This document shows positions 1 to 13,900 of a DNA stretch of 64,000 nt, piece by piece. The position numbers and the translations under genes were made by a program. Position 1 is the stretch's first letter; each line of letters starts with the position of its first letter. The stretch spans positions 11,718,001 through 11,782,000 of the forward strand of contig NC_092680.1 of NCBI RefSeq assembly GCF_964355755.1, in the 5' to 3' direction. Source of the stretch: Antedon mediterranea (Eukaryota > Animalia > Echinodermata). The notes under the pieces are model-generated. The model was given only the letters and a program-made list of their open reading frames with translations. It was not told the origin of the DNA and did no database searches.

Positions 1-3000
1 TGAAGATATTCTGAGCACTTTGGTGTTTTTATGTTAAAAAGTTTTTTCGAAAATCACAAAATAGTCTAAAACGTCTCAAAATGCGATTTGAAGCTATTCT
101 GTACACTTTGATGTTTTGTGTGAAAAAGTTTTGTCGAAATGCTCAAAATGGTCTAAAACGTTTTTAAAACGATATTAAGCTATTTTGTGCTCTTTGATGT
201 TTTTGTGTAACCAAGTTTCATCGAAAATCACAAAATGGTCTAAAACGTCTCCAAATGCGATTTGAAGCTTTTCTAAGCACTTTGGTGTTTTTATGTTAAC
301 AAGTTTTTTCGAAAATCACGAAATGGTCTAAAATGTCTTCAAATGCGATTTGAAGATATTCTGAGCACTTTGGTGTTTTTATGTTAAAACGTTTTTTCGA
401 AAATCACAAAATGGTCTAAAACGTTTTTAAATACGATATTAAGCTATTTTGTGATCTTTGATGTTTTTGTGTGAAAAGTTTTATCGAAATGCTCAAAATG
501 GTCTAAAACGGTTTCTAATGCGATTTGAAGCTATTCTGTACACTTTGAAGTTTTTTGTGAAAAAGTTTTCTCGAAATGCTCAAAATGGTCTAAAACGTTT
601 TTATATACCATATTAAGCTATTTTGTGCACTTTGATGTTTTTTGTGAAAAGTTTTATCGAAATTCTCAAAATGGTCTAAAACGGTTTCTATTGTGATTTT
701 AAGCACTTTGATGATTTTGTGTAACCAAGTTTCATCGAAATGTACAAAATGGTCTAAAACGTCTCCAAATGCGATTTGAAGCTATTCTAAGTACTTTTGT
801 GTTTTTATGTTAACAAGTTTTTTCGAAAATCACGAAATGGTCTAAAATGTCTCCAAATGCGATTTGAAGATATTCTGAGCACTTTGGTGTTTTTATGTTA
901 AAAAGTTTTTTCGAAAATCACAAAATAGTCTAAAACGTCTCCAAATGCGATTTGAAGCTATTCTGTACACTTTGATGTTTTGTGTGAAAAAGTTTTGTCG
1001 AAATGCTCAAAATTGTCTAAAACGTTTTTAAAACGATATTAAGCTATTTTGTGCTCTTTGATGTTTTTGTGTAACCAAGTTTCATCGAAAATCACAAAAT
1101 GGTCTAAAACGTCTCAAAATGCGATTTGAAGCTTTTCTAAGCACTTTGGTGTTTTTATGTTAACAAGTTTTTTCGAAAATCACGAAATGGTCTAAAATGT
1201 CTCCAAATGCGATTTGAAGATATTCTGAGCACTTTGGTGTTTTTATGTTAAAAAGTTTTTTCGAAAATCACAAAATGGTCTAAAACGTCTCCAAATGCGA
1301 TTTGAAGCTCTTCTGTACACTTTGATGTTTTGTGTGAAAAAGTTTTGTCGAAATGCTCAAAATGGTCTAAAACGTTTTTAAATACGATATTAAGCTGTTT
1401 TGTGCACTTTGATGATTTGTGTGAAAAGTTTTAACGAAATGCTCAAAATGGTCTAAAACGGTTTCTAATGTGATTTTAAGCACTTTGATGTTTTTGTGTA
1501 ACCAAGTTTTTTCGAAAATCACAAAATAGTCTAAAACGTCTCCAAATGCGATTTGAAGCTTTTCTAAGCACTTTGGTGTTTTTATGTTAACAAGTTTTTT
1601 CGAAAATCACAAAATGGTCTAAAACGTCTCCAAATGCGATTTGAAGATATTCTGAGCACTTTGGTGTTTTTATGTTAAAAAGTTTTTTCGAAAATCACAA
1701 AATGGTCTAAAACGTCTCCAAATGCGATTTGAAGCTCTTCTGTACACTTTGATGTTTTGTGTGAAAAAGTTTTGTCGAAATGCTCAAAATGGTCTAAAAC
1801 GTTTTCAAATACGATATTAAGCTGTTTTGTGCACTTTGATGATTTGTGTGAAAAGTTTTAACGAAATCCTCAAAATGGTCTAAAACGGTTTCTAATGTGA
1901 TTTTAAGCACTTTGATGTTTTTGTGTAACCAAGTTTTATCGAAAATCACAAAATAGTCTAAAACGTCTCCAAATGCGATTTGAAGCTTTTCTAAGCACTT
2001 TGGTGTTTTTATGTTAACAAGTTTTTTCGAAAATCACAAAATGGTCTAAAACGTCTCCAAATGCGATTTGAGGATATTCTGAGCACTTTGGTGTTTTTTT
2101 GTTAAAAAGTTTTTTCGAAAATCACAAAATGGTCTAAAACGTCTCCAAATGCGATTTGAAGCTATTCTGTACACTTTGATGTTTTGTGTGAAAAAGTTTT
2201 GTCGAAATGCTCAAAATGGTCTAAAACATTTTTAAATACGATATTAAGCTATTTTGTGATCTTTGATGTTTTTGTGTGAAAAGTTTTATCGAAATGCTCA
2301 AAATGGTCTAAAACGGTTTCTATTGTGATTTTAAGCACTTTGATGATTTTGTGTAACCAAGTTTCATCGAAATGTACAAAATGGTCTAAAACGTCTCCAA
2401 ATGCGATTTGAAGCTATTCTAAGTACTTTTGTGTTTTTATGTTAACAAGTTTTTTCGAAAATCACAAAATGGTCTAAAACGTCTTCAAATGCGATTTGAA
2501 GCTATTCTGTACACTTTGATGTTTTGTGTGAAAAAGTTTTGTCAAAATGCTCAAAATGGTCTAAAACGTTTTTAAAACGATATTAAGCTATTTTGTGCTC
2601 TTTGATGTTTTTGTGTAACCAAGTTTCATCGAAAATCACAACATGGTCTAAAACGTCTCCAAATGCGATTTGAAGCTTTTCTAAGCACTTTGGTGTTTTT
2701 ATGTTAACAAGTTTTTTCGAAAATCACAAAATGGTCTAAAACGTCTCCAAATGCGATTTGAAGCTCTTCTGTACACTTTGATGTTTTGTTTGAAAAAGTT
2801 TTGTCGAAATTCTCAAAATGGTCTAAAACGTTTTTAAATTCGATATTAAGCTGTTTTGTGCACTTTGATGATTTGTGTGAAAAGTTTTAACGAAATGCTC
2901 AAAAGGGTCAAAAACGGTTTCTAATGTGATTTTAAGCACTTTGATGTTTTTGTGTAACCAAGTTTTTTCGAAAATCACAAAATGGTCTAAAACGTCTCCA

Positions 3001-6000
3001 AATGCGATTTGAGGATATTCTGAGCACTTTGGTGTTTTTATGTTAAAAAGTTTTTTCGAAAATCACAAAATGGTCTAAAACGTCTCAAAATGCGATTTGA
3101 AGCTAATCTGTACACTTTGATGTTTTGTGTGAAAAAGTTTTGTCGAAATGCTCAAAATGGTCTAAAACGTTTTTAAAACGATATTAAGCTATTTTGTGCT
3201 CTTTGATGTTTTTGTGTAACCAAGTTTCATCGAAATCAACAAAATGGTCTAATACGTCTCCAAATGCGATTTGAAGCTTTTCCAAGCACTTTGCTGTTTT
3301 TATGTTAACAAGTTTTTTCGAAAATCACAAAATGGTCTAAAACGTCTTCAAATGCGATTTGAAGCTATTCTGTACACTTTGATGTTTTGTGTGAAAAAGT
3401 TTTGTCGAAATGCTCAAAATGGTCTAAAACGTTTTTAAATACGATATTAAGCTATTTTGTGATCTTTGATGTTTTTGTGTGAAAAGTTTTATCAAAATGC
3501 TCAAAATGGTCTGAAACGGTTTCTAATGCGATTTGAAGCTATTCTGTACACTTTGAAGTTTTGTGTGAAAAAGTTTTCTCGAAATGCTCAAAATGGTCTA
3601 AAACGTTTTTATATACCATATTAAGCTATTTTGTGCACTTTGATGTTTTTTGTGAAAAGTTTCATCGAAATGTACAAAATGGTCTAAAACGTCTCCAAAT
3701 GCGATTTGAAGCTATTCTAAGTACTTTTGTGTTTTTATGTTAACAAGTTTTTTCGAAAATCACAAAATGGTCTAAAACGTCTTTCAAATGCGATTTGAAG
3801 CTATTCTGTACACTTTTATGTTTTGTGTGAAAAAGTTTTGTCGAAATTCTCAAAATGGTCTAAAACGTTTTTAAATACGATATTAAGCTGTTTTGTGCAC
3901 TTTGATGATTTGTGTGAAAAGTTTTAACGAAATGCTCAAAATGGTCAAAAACGGTTTCTAATGTGATTTTAAGCACTTTGATGTTTTTGTGTAACCAAGT
4001 TTTTTCAAAAATCACAAAATGGTCTAAAACGTCTCCAAATGCGATTTGAAGCTTTTCTAAGCACTTTGGTGTTTTTATGTTAACAAGTTTTTTCGAAAAT
4101 CACAAAATGGTCTAAAACGTCTCCAAATGCGATTTGAAGATATTCTGAGCACTTTGGTGTTTTTATGTTAAAAAGTTTTTTCGAAAATCACAAAATAGTC
4201 TAAAACGTCTCCAAATGCGATTTGAAGCTATTCTGTACACTTTGATGTTTTGTGTGAAAAAGTTTTGTCGAAATGCTCAAAATGGTCTAAAACGTTTTTA
4301 AAACGATATTAAGCTATTTTGTGCTCTTTGATGTTTTTTTGTAACCAAGTTTCATCGAAAATCACAAAATGGTCTAAAACGTCTCAAAATGCGATTTGAA
4401 GCTTTTCTAAGCACTTTGGTGTTTTTATGTTAACAAGTTTTTTCGAAAATCACGAAATGGTCTAAAATGTCTCCAAATGCGATTTGAAGATATTCTGAGC
4501 ACTTTGGTGTTTTTATGTTAAAAAGTTTTTTCGAAAATCACAAAATGGTCTAAAACGTCTCCAAATGCGATTTGAAGCTCTTCTGTACACTTTGATGTTT
4601 TGTGTGAAAAAGTTTTGTCGAAATGCTCAAAATGGTCTAAAACGTTTTTAAAACGATATTAAGCTATTTTGTGCTCTTTGATGTTTTTGTGTAACCAAGT
4701 TTCATCGAAATCAACAAAATGGTCTAATACGTCTCCAAATGCGATTTGAAGCTTTTCCAAGCACTTTGCTGTTTTTATGTTAACAAGTTTTTTCGAAAAT
4801 CACAAAATGGTCTAAAACGTCTTCAAATGCGATTTGAAGCTATTCTGTAGACTTTGATGTTTTGTGTGAAAAAGTTTTGTCGAAATGCTCAAAATGGTCT
4901 AAAACGTTTTTAAATACGATATTAAGCTATTTTGTGATCTTTGATGTTTTTGTGTGAAAAGTTTTATCAAAATGCTCAAAATGGTCTGAAACGGTTTCTA
5001 ATGCGATTTGAAGCTATTCTGTACACTTTGAAGTTTTGTGTGAAAAAGTTTTCTCAAAATGCTCAAAATGGTCTAAAACGTTTTTATATACCATATTAAG
5101 CTATTTTGTGCACTTTGATGTTTTTTGTGAAAAGTTTTATCGAAATGCTCAAAATGGTCTAAAACGGTTTCTATTGGGATTTTAAGCACTTTGATGATTT
5201 TGTGTAACCAAGTTTCATCGAAATGTACAAAATGGTCTAAAACGTCTCCAAATGCGATTTGAAGCTATTCTAAGTACTTTTGTGTTTTTATGTTAACAAG
5301 TTTTTTCGAAAATCACAAAATGGTCTAAAACGTCTTTCAAATGCGATTTGAAGCTATTCTGTACACTTTTATGTTTTGTGTGAAAAAGTTTTGTCGAAAT
5401 TCTCAAAATGGTCTAAAACGTTTTTAAATACGATATTAAGCTGTTTTGTGCACTTTGATGATTTGTGTGAAAAGTTTTAACGAAATGCTCAAAATGGTCA
5501 AAAACGGTTTCTAATGTGATTTTAAGCACTTTGATGTTTTTGTGTAACCAAGTTTTTTCAAAAATCACAAAATGGTCTAAAACGTCTCCAAATGCGATTT
5601 GAAGCTTTTCTAAGCACTTTGGTGTTTTTATGTTAACAAGTTTTTTCGAAAATCACAAAATGGTCTAAAACGTCTCCAAATGCGATTTGAAGATATTCTG
5701 AGCACTTTGGTGTTTTTATGTTAAAAAGTTTTTTCGAAAATCACAAAATAGTCTAAAACGTCTCCAAATGCGATTTGAAGCTATTCTGTACACTTTGATG
5801 TTTTGTGTGAAAAAGTTTTGTCGAAATGCTCAAAATGGTCTAAAACGTTTTTAAAACGATATTAAGCTATTTTGTGCTCTTTGATGTTTTTTTGTAACCA
5901 AGTTTCATCGAAAATCACAAAATGGTCTAAAACGTCTCAAAATGCGATTTGAAGCTTTTCTAAGCAATTTGGTGTTTTTATGTTAACAAGTTTTTTCGAA

Positions 6001-6946
6001 AATCACGAAATGGTCTAAAATGTCTCCAAATGCGATTTGAAGATATTCTGAGCACTTTGGTGTTTTTATGTTAAAAAGTTTTTTCGAAAATCACAAAATG
6101 GTCTAAAACGTCTCCAAATGCGATTTGAAGCTCTTCTGTACACTTTGATGTTTTGTGTGAAAAAGTTTTGTCGAAATGCTCAAAATGGTCTAAAACGTTT
6201 TCAAATACGATATTAAGCTGTTTTGTGCACTTTGATGATTTGTGTGAAAAGTTTTAACGAAATGCTCAAAATGGTCTAAAACGGTTTCTAATGTGATTTT
6301 AAGCACTTTGGTGTTTTTATGTTAACAAGTTTTTTCGAAAATCACAAAATGGTCTAAAACGTCTCCAAATGCGATTTGAGGATATTCTGAGCTCTTTGGT
6401 GTTTTTTTGTTAAAAAGTTTTTTCGAAAATCACAAAATGGTCTAAAACGTCTCCAAATGCGATTTGAAGCTATTCTGTACACTTTGATGTTTTGTGTGAA
6501 AAAGTTTTGTCGAAATGCTCAAAATGGTCTAAAACATTTTTAAATACGATATTAAGCTATTTTGTGATCTTTGATGTTTTTGTGTGAAAAGTTTTATCGA
6601 AATGCTCAAAATGGTCTAAAACGGTTTCTATTGTGATTTTAAGCACTTTGATGATTTTGTGTAACCAAGTTTCATCGAAATGTACAAAATGGTCTAAAAC
6701 GTCTTTAAATGCGATTTGAAGCTATTCTAAGTACTTTTGTGTTTTTATGTTAACAAGTTTTTTCGAAAATCACAAAATGGTCTAAAACGTCTTCAAATGC
6801 GATTTGAAGCTATTCTGTACACTTTGATGTTTTGTGTGAAAAAGTTTTGTCAAAATGCTCAAAATGGTCTAAAACGTTTTTAAAACGATATTAAGCTATT
6901 TTGTGCTCTTTGATGTTTTTGTGTAACCAAGTTTCATCGAAAATCA

Positions 6947-7975
6947 CAACATGGTCTAAAACGTCTCCAAATGCGATTTGAAGCTTTTCTAAGCACTTTG
7001 GTGTTTTTATGTTAACAAGTTTTTTCGAAAATCACAAAATGGTCTAAAACGTCTCCAAATGCGATTTGAAGCTCTTCAGTACACTTTGATGTTTTGTTTG
7101 AAAAAGTTTTGTCGAAATTCTCAAAATGGTCTAAAACGTTTTTAAATTCGATATTAAGCTGTTTTGTGCACTTTGATGATTTGTGTGAAAAGTTTTAACG
7201 AAATGCTCAAAATGGTCTAAAACGGTTTCTAATGTGATTTTAAGCACTTTGATGTTTTTGTGTAACCAAGTTTTTTCGAAAATCACAAAATAGTCTAAAA
7301 CGTCTCCAAATGCGATTTGAAGCTTTTCTAAGCACTTTGGTGTTTTTATGTTAACAAGTTTTTTCGAAAATCACAAAATGGTCTAAAACGTCTCCAAATG
7401 CGATTTGAGGATATTCTGAGCACTTTGGTGTTTTTTTGTTAAAAAGTTTTTTCGAAAATCACAAAATGGTCTAAAACGTCTCCAAATGCGATTTGAAGCT
7501 ATTCTGTACACTTTGATGTTTTGTGTGAAAAAGTTTTGTCGAAATGCTCAAAATGGTCTAAAACATTTTTAAATACGATATTAAGCTCTTTTGTGATCTT
7601 TGATGTTTTTGTGTGAAAAGTTTTATCGAAATGCTCAAAATGGTCTAAAACGGTTTCTATTGTGATTTTAAGCACTTTGATGATTTTGTGTAACCAAGTT
7701 TCATCGAAATGTACAAAATGGTCTAAAACGTCTCCAAATGCGATTTGAAGCTATTCTAAGTACTTTTGTGTTTTTATGTTAACAAGTTTTTTCGAAAATC
7801 ACAAAATGGTCTAAAACGTCTTCAAATGCGATTTGAAGCTATTCTGTACACTTTGATGTTTTGTGTGAAAAAGTTTTGTCAAAATGCTCAAAATGGTCTA
7901 AAACGTTTTTAAAACGATATTAAGCTATTTTGTGCTCTTTGATGTTTTTGTGTAACCAAGTTTCATCGAAAATCA
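6947..7975 (+). repeat. One period of the recurring 12-monomer (1029 bp) higher-order repeat
   Basis: The private variant CACAACATGG recurs at 6947 and 7976 (offset 1029). The summed lengths of the 12 monomer types (87+86+78+88+88+87+87+78+88+87+87+88) also give 1029. Confidence 0.85.
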
Positions 7976-10900
7976 CAACATGGTCTAAAACGTCTCCAAA
8001 TGCGATTTGAAGCTTTTCTGTACACTTTGATGTTTTGTTTGAAAAAGTTTTGTCGAAATTTTCAAAATGGTCTAAAACGTTTTTAAATACGATATTAAGC
8101 TGTTTTGTGCACTTTGATGATTTGTGTGAAAAGTTTTAACGAAATGCTCAAAATGGTCTAAAACGGTTTCTAATGTGATTTTAAGCACTTTGATGTTTTT
8201 GTGTAACCAAGTTTTTTCGAAAATCACAAAATAGTCTAAAACGTCTCCAAATGCGATTTGAAGCTTTTCTAAGCACTTTGGTGTTTTTATGTTAACAAGT
8301 TTTTTCGAAAATCACAAAATGGTCTAAAACGTCTCCAAATGCGATTTGAGGATATTCTGAGCACTTTGGTGTTTTTTTGTTAAAAAGTTTTTTCGAAAAT
8401 CACAAAATGGTCTAAAACGTCTCCAAATGCGATTTGAAGCTATTCTGTACACTTTGATGTTTTGTGTGAAAAAGTTTTGTCGAAATGCTCAAAATGGTCT
8501 AAAACGTTTTTAAATACGATATTAAGCTATTTTGTGATCTTTGATGTTTTTGTGTGAAAAGTTTTATCGAAATGCTCAAAATGGTCTAAAACGTTTTTAA
8601 AACGATATTAAGCTATTTTGTGCTCTTTGATGTTTTTGTGTAACCAAGTTTCATCGAAAATCACAAAATGGTCTAAAACGTCGCCAAATGCGATTTGAAG
8701 CTTTTCTAAGCACTTTGGTGTTTTTATGTTAACAAGTTTTTTCGAAAATCACGAAATGGTCTAAAATATCTCCAAATGCGATTTGAAGATATTCTGAGCA
8801 CTTTGGTGTTTTTATGTTAAAAAGTTTTTTCGAAAATCACAAAATGGTCTAAAACGTCTCCAAACGCGATTTGAAGCTCTTCTGTACACTTTGATGTTTT
8901 GTGTGAAAAAGTTTTGTCGAAATTCTCAAAATGGTCTAAAACGTTTTTAAATACGATATTAAGCTGTTTTGTGCACTTTGATGATTTGTGTGAAAAGTTT
9001 TAACGAAATGCTCAAAATGGTCAAAAACGGTTTCTAATGTGATTTTAAGCACTTTGATGTTTTTGTGTAACCAAGTTTTTTCAAAAATCACAAAATGGTC
9101 TAAAACGTCTCCAAATGCGATTTGAAGCTTTTCTAAGCACTTTGGTGTTTTTATGTTAACAAGTTTTTTCGAAAATCACAAAATGGTCTAAAACGTCTCC
9201 AAATGCGATTTGAAGATATTCTGAGCACTTTGGTGTTTTTATGTTAAAAAGTTTTTTCGAAAATCACAAAATAGTCTAAAACGTCTCCAAATGCGATTTG
9301 AAGCTATTCTGTACACTTTGATGTTTTGTGTGAAAAAGTTTTGTCGAAATGCTCAAAATGGTCTAAAACGTTTTTAAAACGATATTATTAAGCTATTTTG
9401 TGCTCTTTGATGTTTTTGTGTAACCAAGTTTCATCGAAAATCACAAAATGGTCTAAAACGTCTCAAAATGCGATTTGAAGCTTTTCTAAGCACTTTGGTG
9501 TTTTTATCTTAACAAGTTTTTTCGAAAATCACGAAATGGTCTAAAATGTCTCCAAATGCGATTTGAAGATATTCTGAGCACTTTGGTGTTTTTATGTTAA
9601 CAAGTTTTTTCGAAAATCACAAAATGGTCTAAAACGTCTCCAAATGCGATTTGAAGCTCTTCTGTACACTTAGATGTTTTGTGTGAAAAAGTTTTGTCGA
9701 AATGCTCAAAATGGTCTAAAACGTTTTTAAATACGATATTAAGCTGTTTTGTGCACTTTGATGATTTGTGTGAAAAGTTTTAACGAAATGCTCAAAATGG
9801 TCTAAAACGGTTTCTAATGTGATTTTAAGCACTTTGATGTTTTTGTGTAACCAAGTTTTTTCGAAAATCACAAAATAGTCTAAAACGTCTCCAAATGCGA
9901 TTTGATGCTTTTCTAAGCACTTTGGTGTTTTTATGTTAACAAGTTTTTTCGAAAATCACAAAATGGTCTAAAACGTCTCCAAATGCGATTTGAGGATATT
10001 CTGAGCACTTTGGTGTTTTTTTGTTAAAAAGTTTTTTCGAAAATCACAAAATGGTCTAAAACGTCTCCAAATGCGATTTGAAGCTATTCTGTACACTTTG
10101 ATGTTTTGTGTGAAAAAGTTTTGTCGAAATGCTCAAAATGGTCTAAAACGTTTTTAAATACGATATTAAGCTATTTTGTGATCTTTGATGTTTTTGTGTG
10201 AAAAGTTTTATCGAAATGCTCAAAATGGTCTAAAACGGTTTCTATTGTGATTTTGAGCACTTTGATGATTTTGTGTAACCAAGTTTCATCGAAATGTACA
10301 AAATGGTCTAAAACGTCTCCAAATGCGATTTGAAGCTATTCTAAGTACTTTTGTGTTTTTATGTTAACAAGTTTTTTCGAAAATCACAAAATGGTCTAAA
10401 ACGTCTCAAAATGCGATTTGAAGCTATTCTGTACACTTTGATGTTTTGTGTGAAAAAGTTTTGTCGAAATGCTCAAAATGGTCTAAAACGTTTTTAAAAC
10501 GATATTAAGCTATTTTGTGCTCTTTGATGTTTTTGTGTAACCAAGTTTCATCGAAATCAACAAAATGGTCTAATACGTCTCCAAATGCGATTTGAAGCTT
10601 TTCCAAGCTTTTTGCTGTTTTTATGTTAAGTTTTTTCGAAAATCACAAAATGGTCTAAAACGTCTTCAAATGCGATTTGAAGCTATTCTGTACACTTTGA
10701 TGTTTTGTGTGAAAAAGTTTTGTCGAAATGCTCAAAATGGTCTAAAACGTTTTTAAATACGATATTAAGCTATTTTGTGATCTTTGATGTTTTTGTGTGA
10801 AAAGTTTTATCAAAATGCTCAAAATGGTCTGAAACGGTTTCTAATGCGATTTGAAGCTATTCTGTACACTTTGAAGTTTTGTGTGAAAAAGTTTTCTCGA

Positions 10901-13900
10901 AATGCTCAAAATGGTCTAAAACGTTTTTATATACCATATTAAGCTATTTTGTGCACTTTGATGTTTTTTTTGAAAAGTTTTATCGAAATGCTCAAAATGG
11001 TCTAAAACGGTTTCTATTGGGATTTTAAGCACTTTGATGATTTTGTGTAACCAAGTTTCATCGAAAATCACAAAATGGTCTAAAACGTCTCCAAATGCGA
11101 TTTGAAGCTTTTCTAAGCACTTTTGTGTTTTTATGTTAACAAGTTTTTTCGAAAATCACAAAATGGTCTAAAACGTCTTCAAATGCGATTTGAAGCTATT
11201 CTGTACACTTTTATGTTTTGTGTGAAAAAGTTTTGTCGAAATTCTCAAAATGGTCTAAAACGTTTTTAAATACGATATTAAGCTGTTTTGTGCACTTTGA
11301 TGATTTGTGTGAAAAGTTTTAACGAAATGCTCAAAATGGTCTAAAACGGTTTCTAATGTTATTTTAAGCACTTTGATGTTTTTGTGTAACCAAGTTTTTT
11401 CGAAAATCACAAAATAGTCTAAAACGTCTCCAAATGCGATTTGAAGCTTTTCTAAGCACTTTGGTGTTTTTATGTTAACAAGTTTTTTCGAAAATCACAA
11501 AATGGTCTAAAACGTCTCCAAATGCGATTTGAGGATATTCTGAGCACTTTGGTGTTTTTTTGTTAAAAAGTTTTTTAAAAAATCACAAAATGGTCTAAAA
11601 CGTCTCCAAATGCGATTTGAAGCTATTCTGTACACTTTGATGTTTTGTGTGAAAAAGTTTTGTCGAAATGCTCAAAATGGTCTAAAACGTTTTTAAAACG
11701 ATATTAAGCTATTTTGTGCTCTTTGATGTTTTTGTGTAACCAAGTTTCATCGAAAATCACAAAATGGTCTAAAACGTCTCAAAATGCGATTTGAAGCTTT
11801 TCTAAGCACTTTGGTGTTTTTATGTTAACAAGTTTTTTCGAAAATCACGAAATGGTCTAAAATGTCTCCAAATGCGATTTGAAGATATTCTGAGCACTTT
11901 GGTGTTTTTATGTTAAAAAGTTTTTTCGAAAATCACAAAATGGTCTAAAACGTCTCCAAATGCGATTTGAAGCTCTTCTGTACACTTTGATGTTTTGTGT
12001 GAAAAAGTTTTGTCGAAATGCTCAAAATGGTCTAAAACGTTTTTAAATACGATATTAAGCTGTTTTGTGCACTTTGATGATTTGTGTGAAAAGTTTTAAC
12101 GAAATGCTCAAAATGGTCTAAAACGGTTTCTAATGTGATTTTAAGCACTTTGATGTTTTTGTGTAACCAAGTTTTTTCGAAAATCACAAAATAGTCTAAA
12201 ACGTCTCCAAATGCGATTTGAAGCTTTTCTAAGCCCTTTGGTGTTTTTATGTTAACAAGTTTTTTCGAAAATCACAAAATGGTCTAAAACGTCTCCAAAT
12301 GCGATTTGAGGATATTCTGAGCACTTTGGTGTTTTTTTGTTAAAAAGTTTTTTCGAAAATCACAAAATGGTCTAAAACGTCTCCAAATGCGATTTGAAGC
12401 TATTCCGTACACTTTGATGTTTTGTGTGAAAAAGTTTTGTCGAAATGCTCAAAATGGTCTAAAACGTTTTTAAATACGATATTAGGCTATTTTGTGATCT
12501 TTGATGTTTTTGTGTGAAAAGTTTTATCGAAATGCTCAAAATGGTCTAAAACGGTTTCTAATGCGATTTGAAGCTATTCTGTACACTTTGAAGTTTTGTG
12601 TGAAAAAGTTTTCTCGAAATTCTCAAAATGGTCTAAAACGTTTTTATATACCATATTAAGCTATTTTGTGCACTTTGATGTTTTTTGTGAAAAGTTTTAT
12701 CGAAATTCTCAAAATGGTCTAAAACGGTTTCTATTGTGATTTTAAGCACTTTGATGATTTTGTGTAACCAAGTTTCATCGAAATGTACAAAATGGTCTAA
12801 AACGTCTCCAAATGCGATTTGAAGCTATTCTAAGTACTTTTGTGTTTTTATGTTAACAAGTTTTTTCGAAAATCACAAAATGGTCTAAAACGTCTTCAAA
12901 TGCGATTTGAAGCTATTCTGTACACTTTGATGTTTTGTGTGAAAAAGTTTTGTCGAAATGCTCAAAATGGTCTAAAACGTTTTTAAAACGATATTAAGCT
13001 ATTTTGTGCTCTTTGATGTTTTTGTGTAACCAAGTTTCATCGAAAATCACAAAATGGTCTAAAACGTCTCCAAATGCGATTTGAAGCTTTTCTAAGCACT
13101 TTGGTGTTTTTATGTTAACAAGTTTTTTCGAAAATCACAAAATGGTCTAAAACGTCTCCAAATGCGATTTGAAGCTCTTCTGTACACTTTGATGTTTTGT
13201 GGGAAAAAGTTTTGTCGAAATTCTCAAAATGGTCTAAAACGTTTTTAAATACGATATTAAGCTGTTTTGTGCACTTTGATGATTTGTGTGAAAAGTTTTA
13301 ACGAAATGCTCAAAATGGTCAAAAACGGTTTCTAATGTGATTTTAAGCACTTTGATGTTTTTGTGTAACCAAGTTTTTTCGAAAATCACAAAATGGTCTA
13401 AAACGTCTCCAAATGCGATTTGAAGCTATTCTGTACACTTTGATGTTTTGTGTGAAAAAGTTTTGTCGAAATGCTCAAAATGGTCTAAAACGTTTTTAAA
13501 TACGATATTAAGCTATTTTGTGATCTTTGATGTTTTTGTGTGAAAAGTTTTATCGAAATGCTCAAAATGGTCTAAAACGTTTTTAAAACGATATTAAGCT
13601 ATTTTGTGCTCTTTGATGTTTTTGTGTAACCAAGTTTCATCGAAAATCACAAAATGGTCTAAAACGTCGCCAAATGCGATTTGAAGCTTTTCTAAGCACT
13701 TTGGTGTTTTTATGTTAACAAGTTTTTTCGAAAATCACGAAATGGTCTAAAATATCTCCAAATGCGATTTGAAGATATTCTGAGCACTTTGGTGTTTTTA
13801 TGTTAAAAAGTTTTTTCGAAAATCACAAAATGGTCTAAAACGTCTCCAAACGCGATTTGAAGCTCTTCTGTACACTTTGATGTTTTGTGTGAAAAAGTTT

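Noticed and set aside
308-323. CENP-B-box-like motif TTCGAAAATCACGAAA (two CpGs with the same spacing as in TTCGnnnnAnnCGGG)
   Set aside because: Only 6 of the 9 essential positions match (the A and the terminal GG are missing), and it occurs only in a minority variant, so it is not supportable as a CENP-B box.
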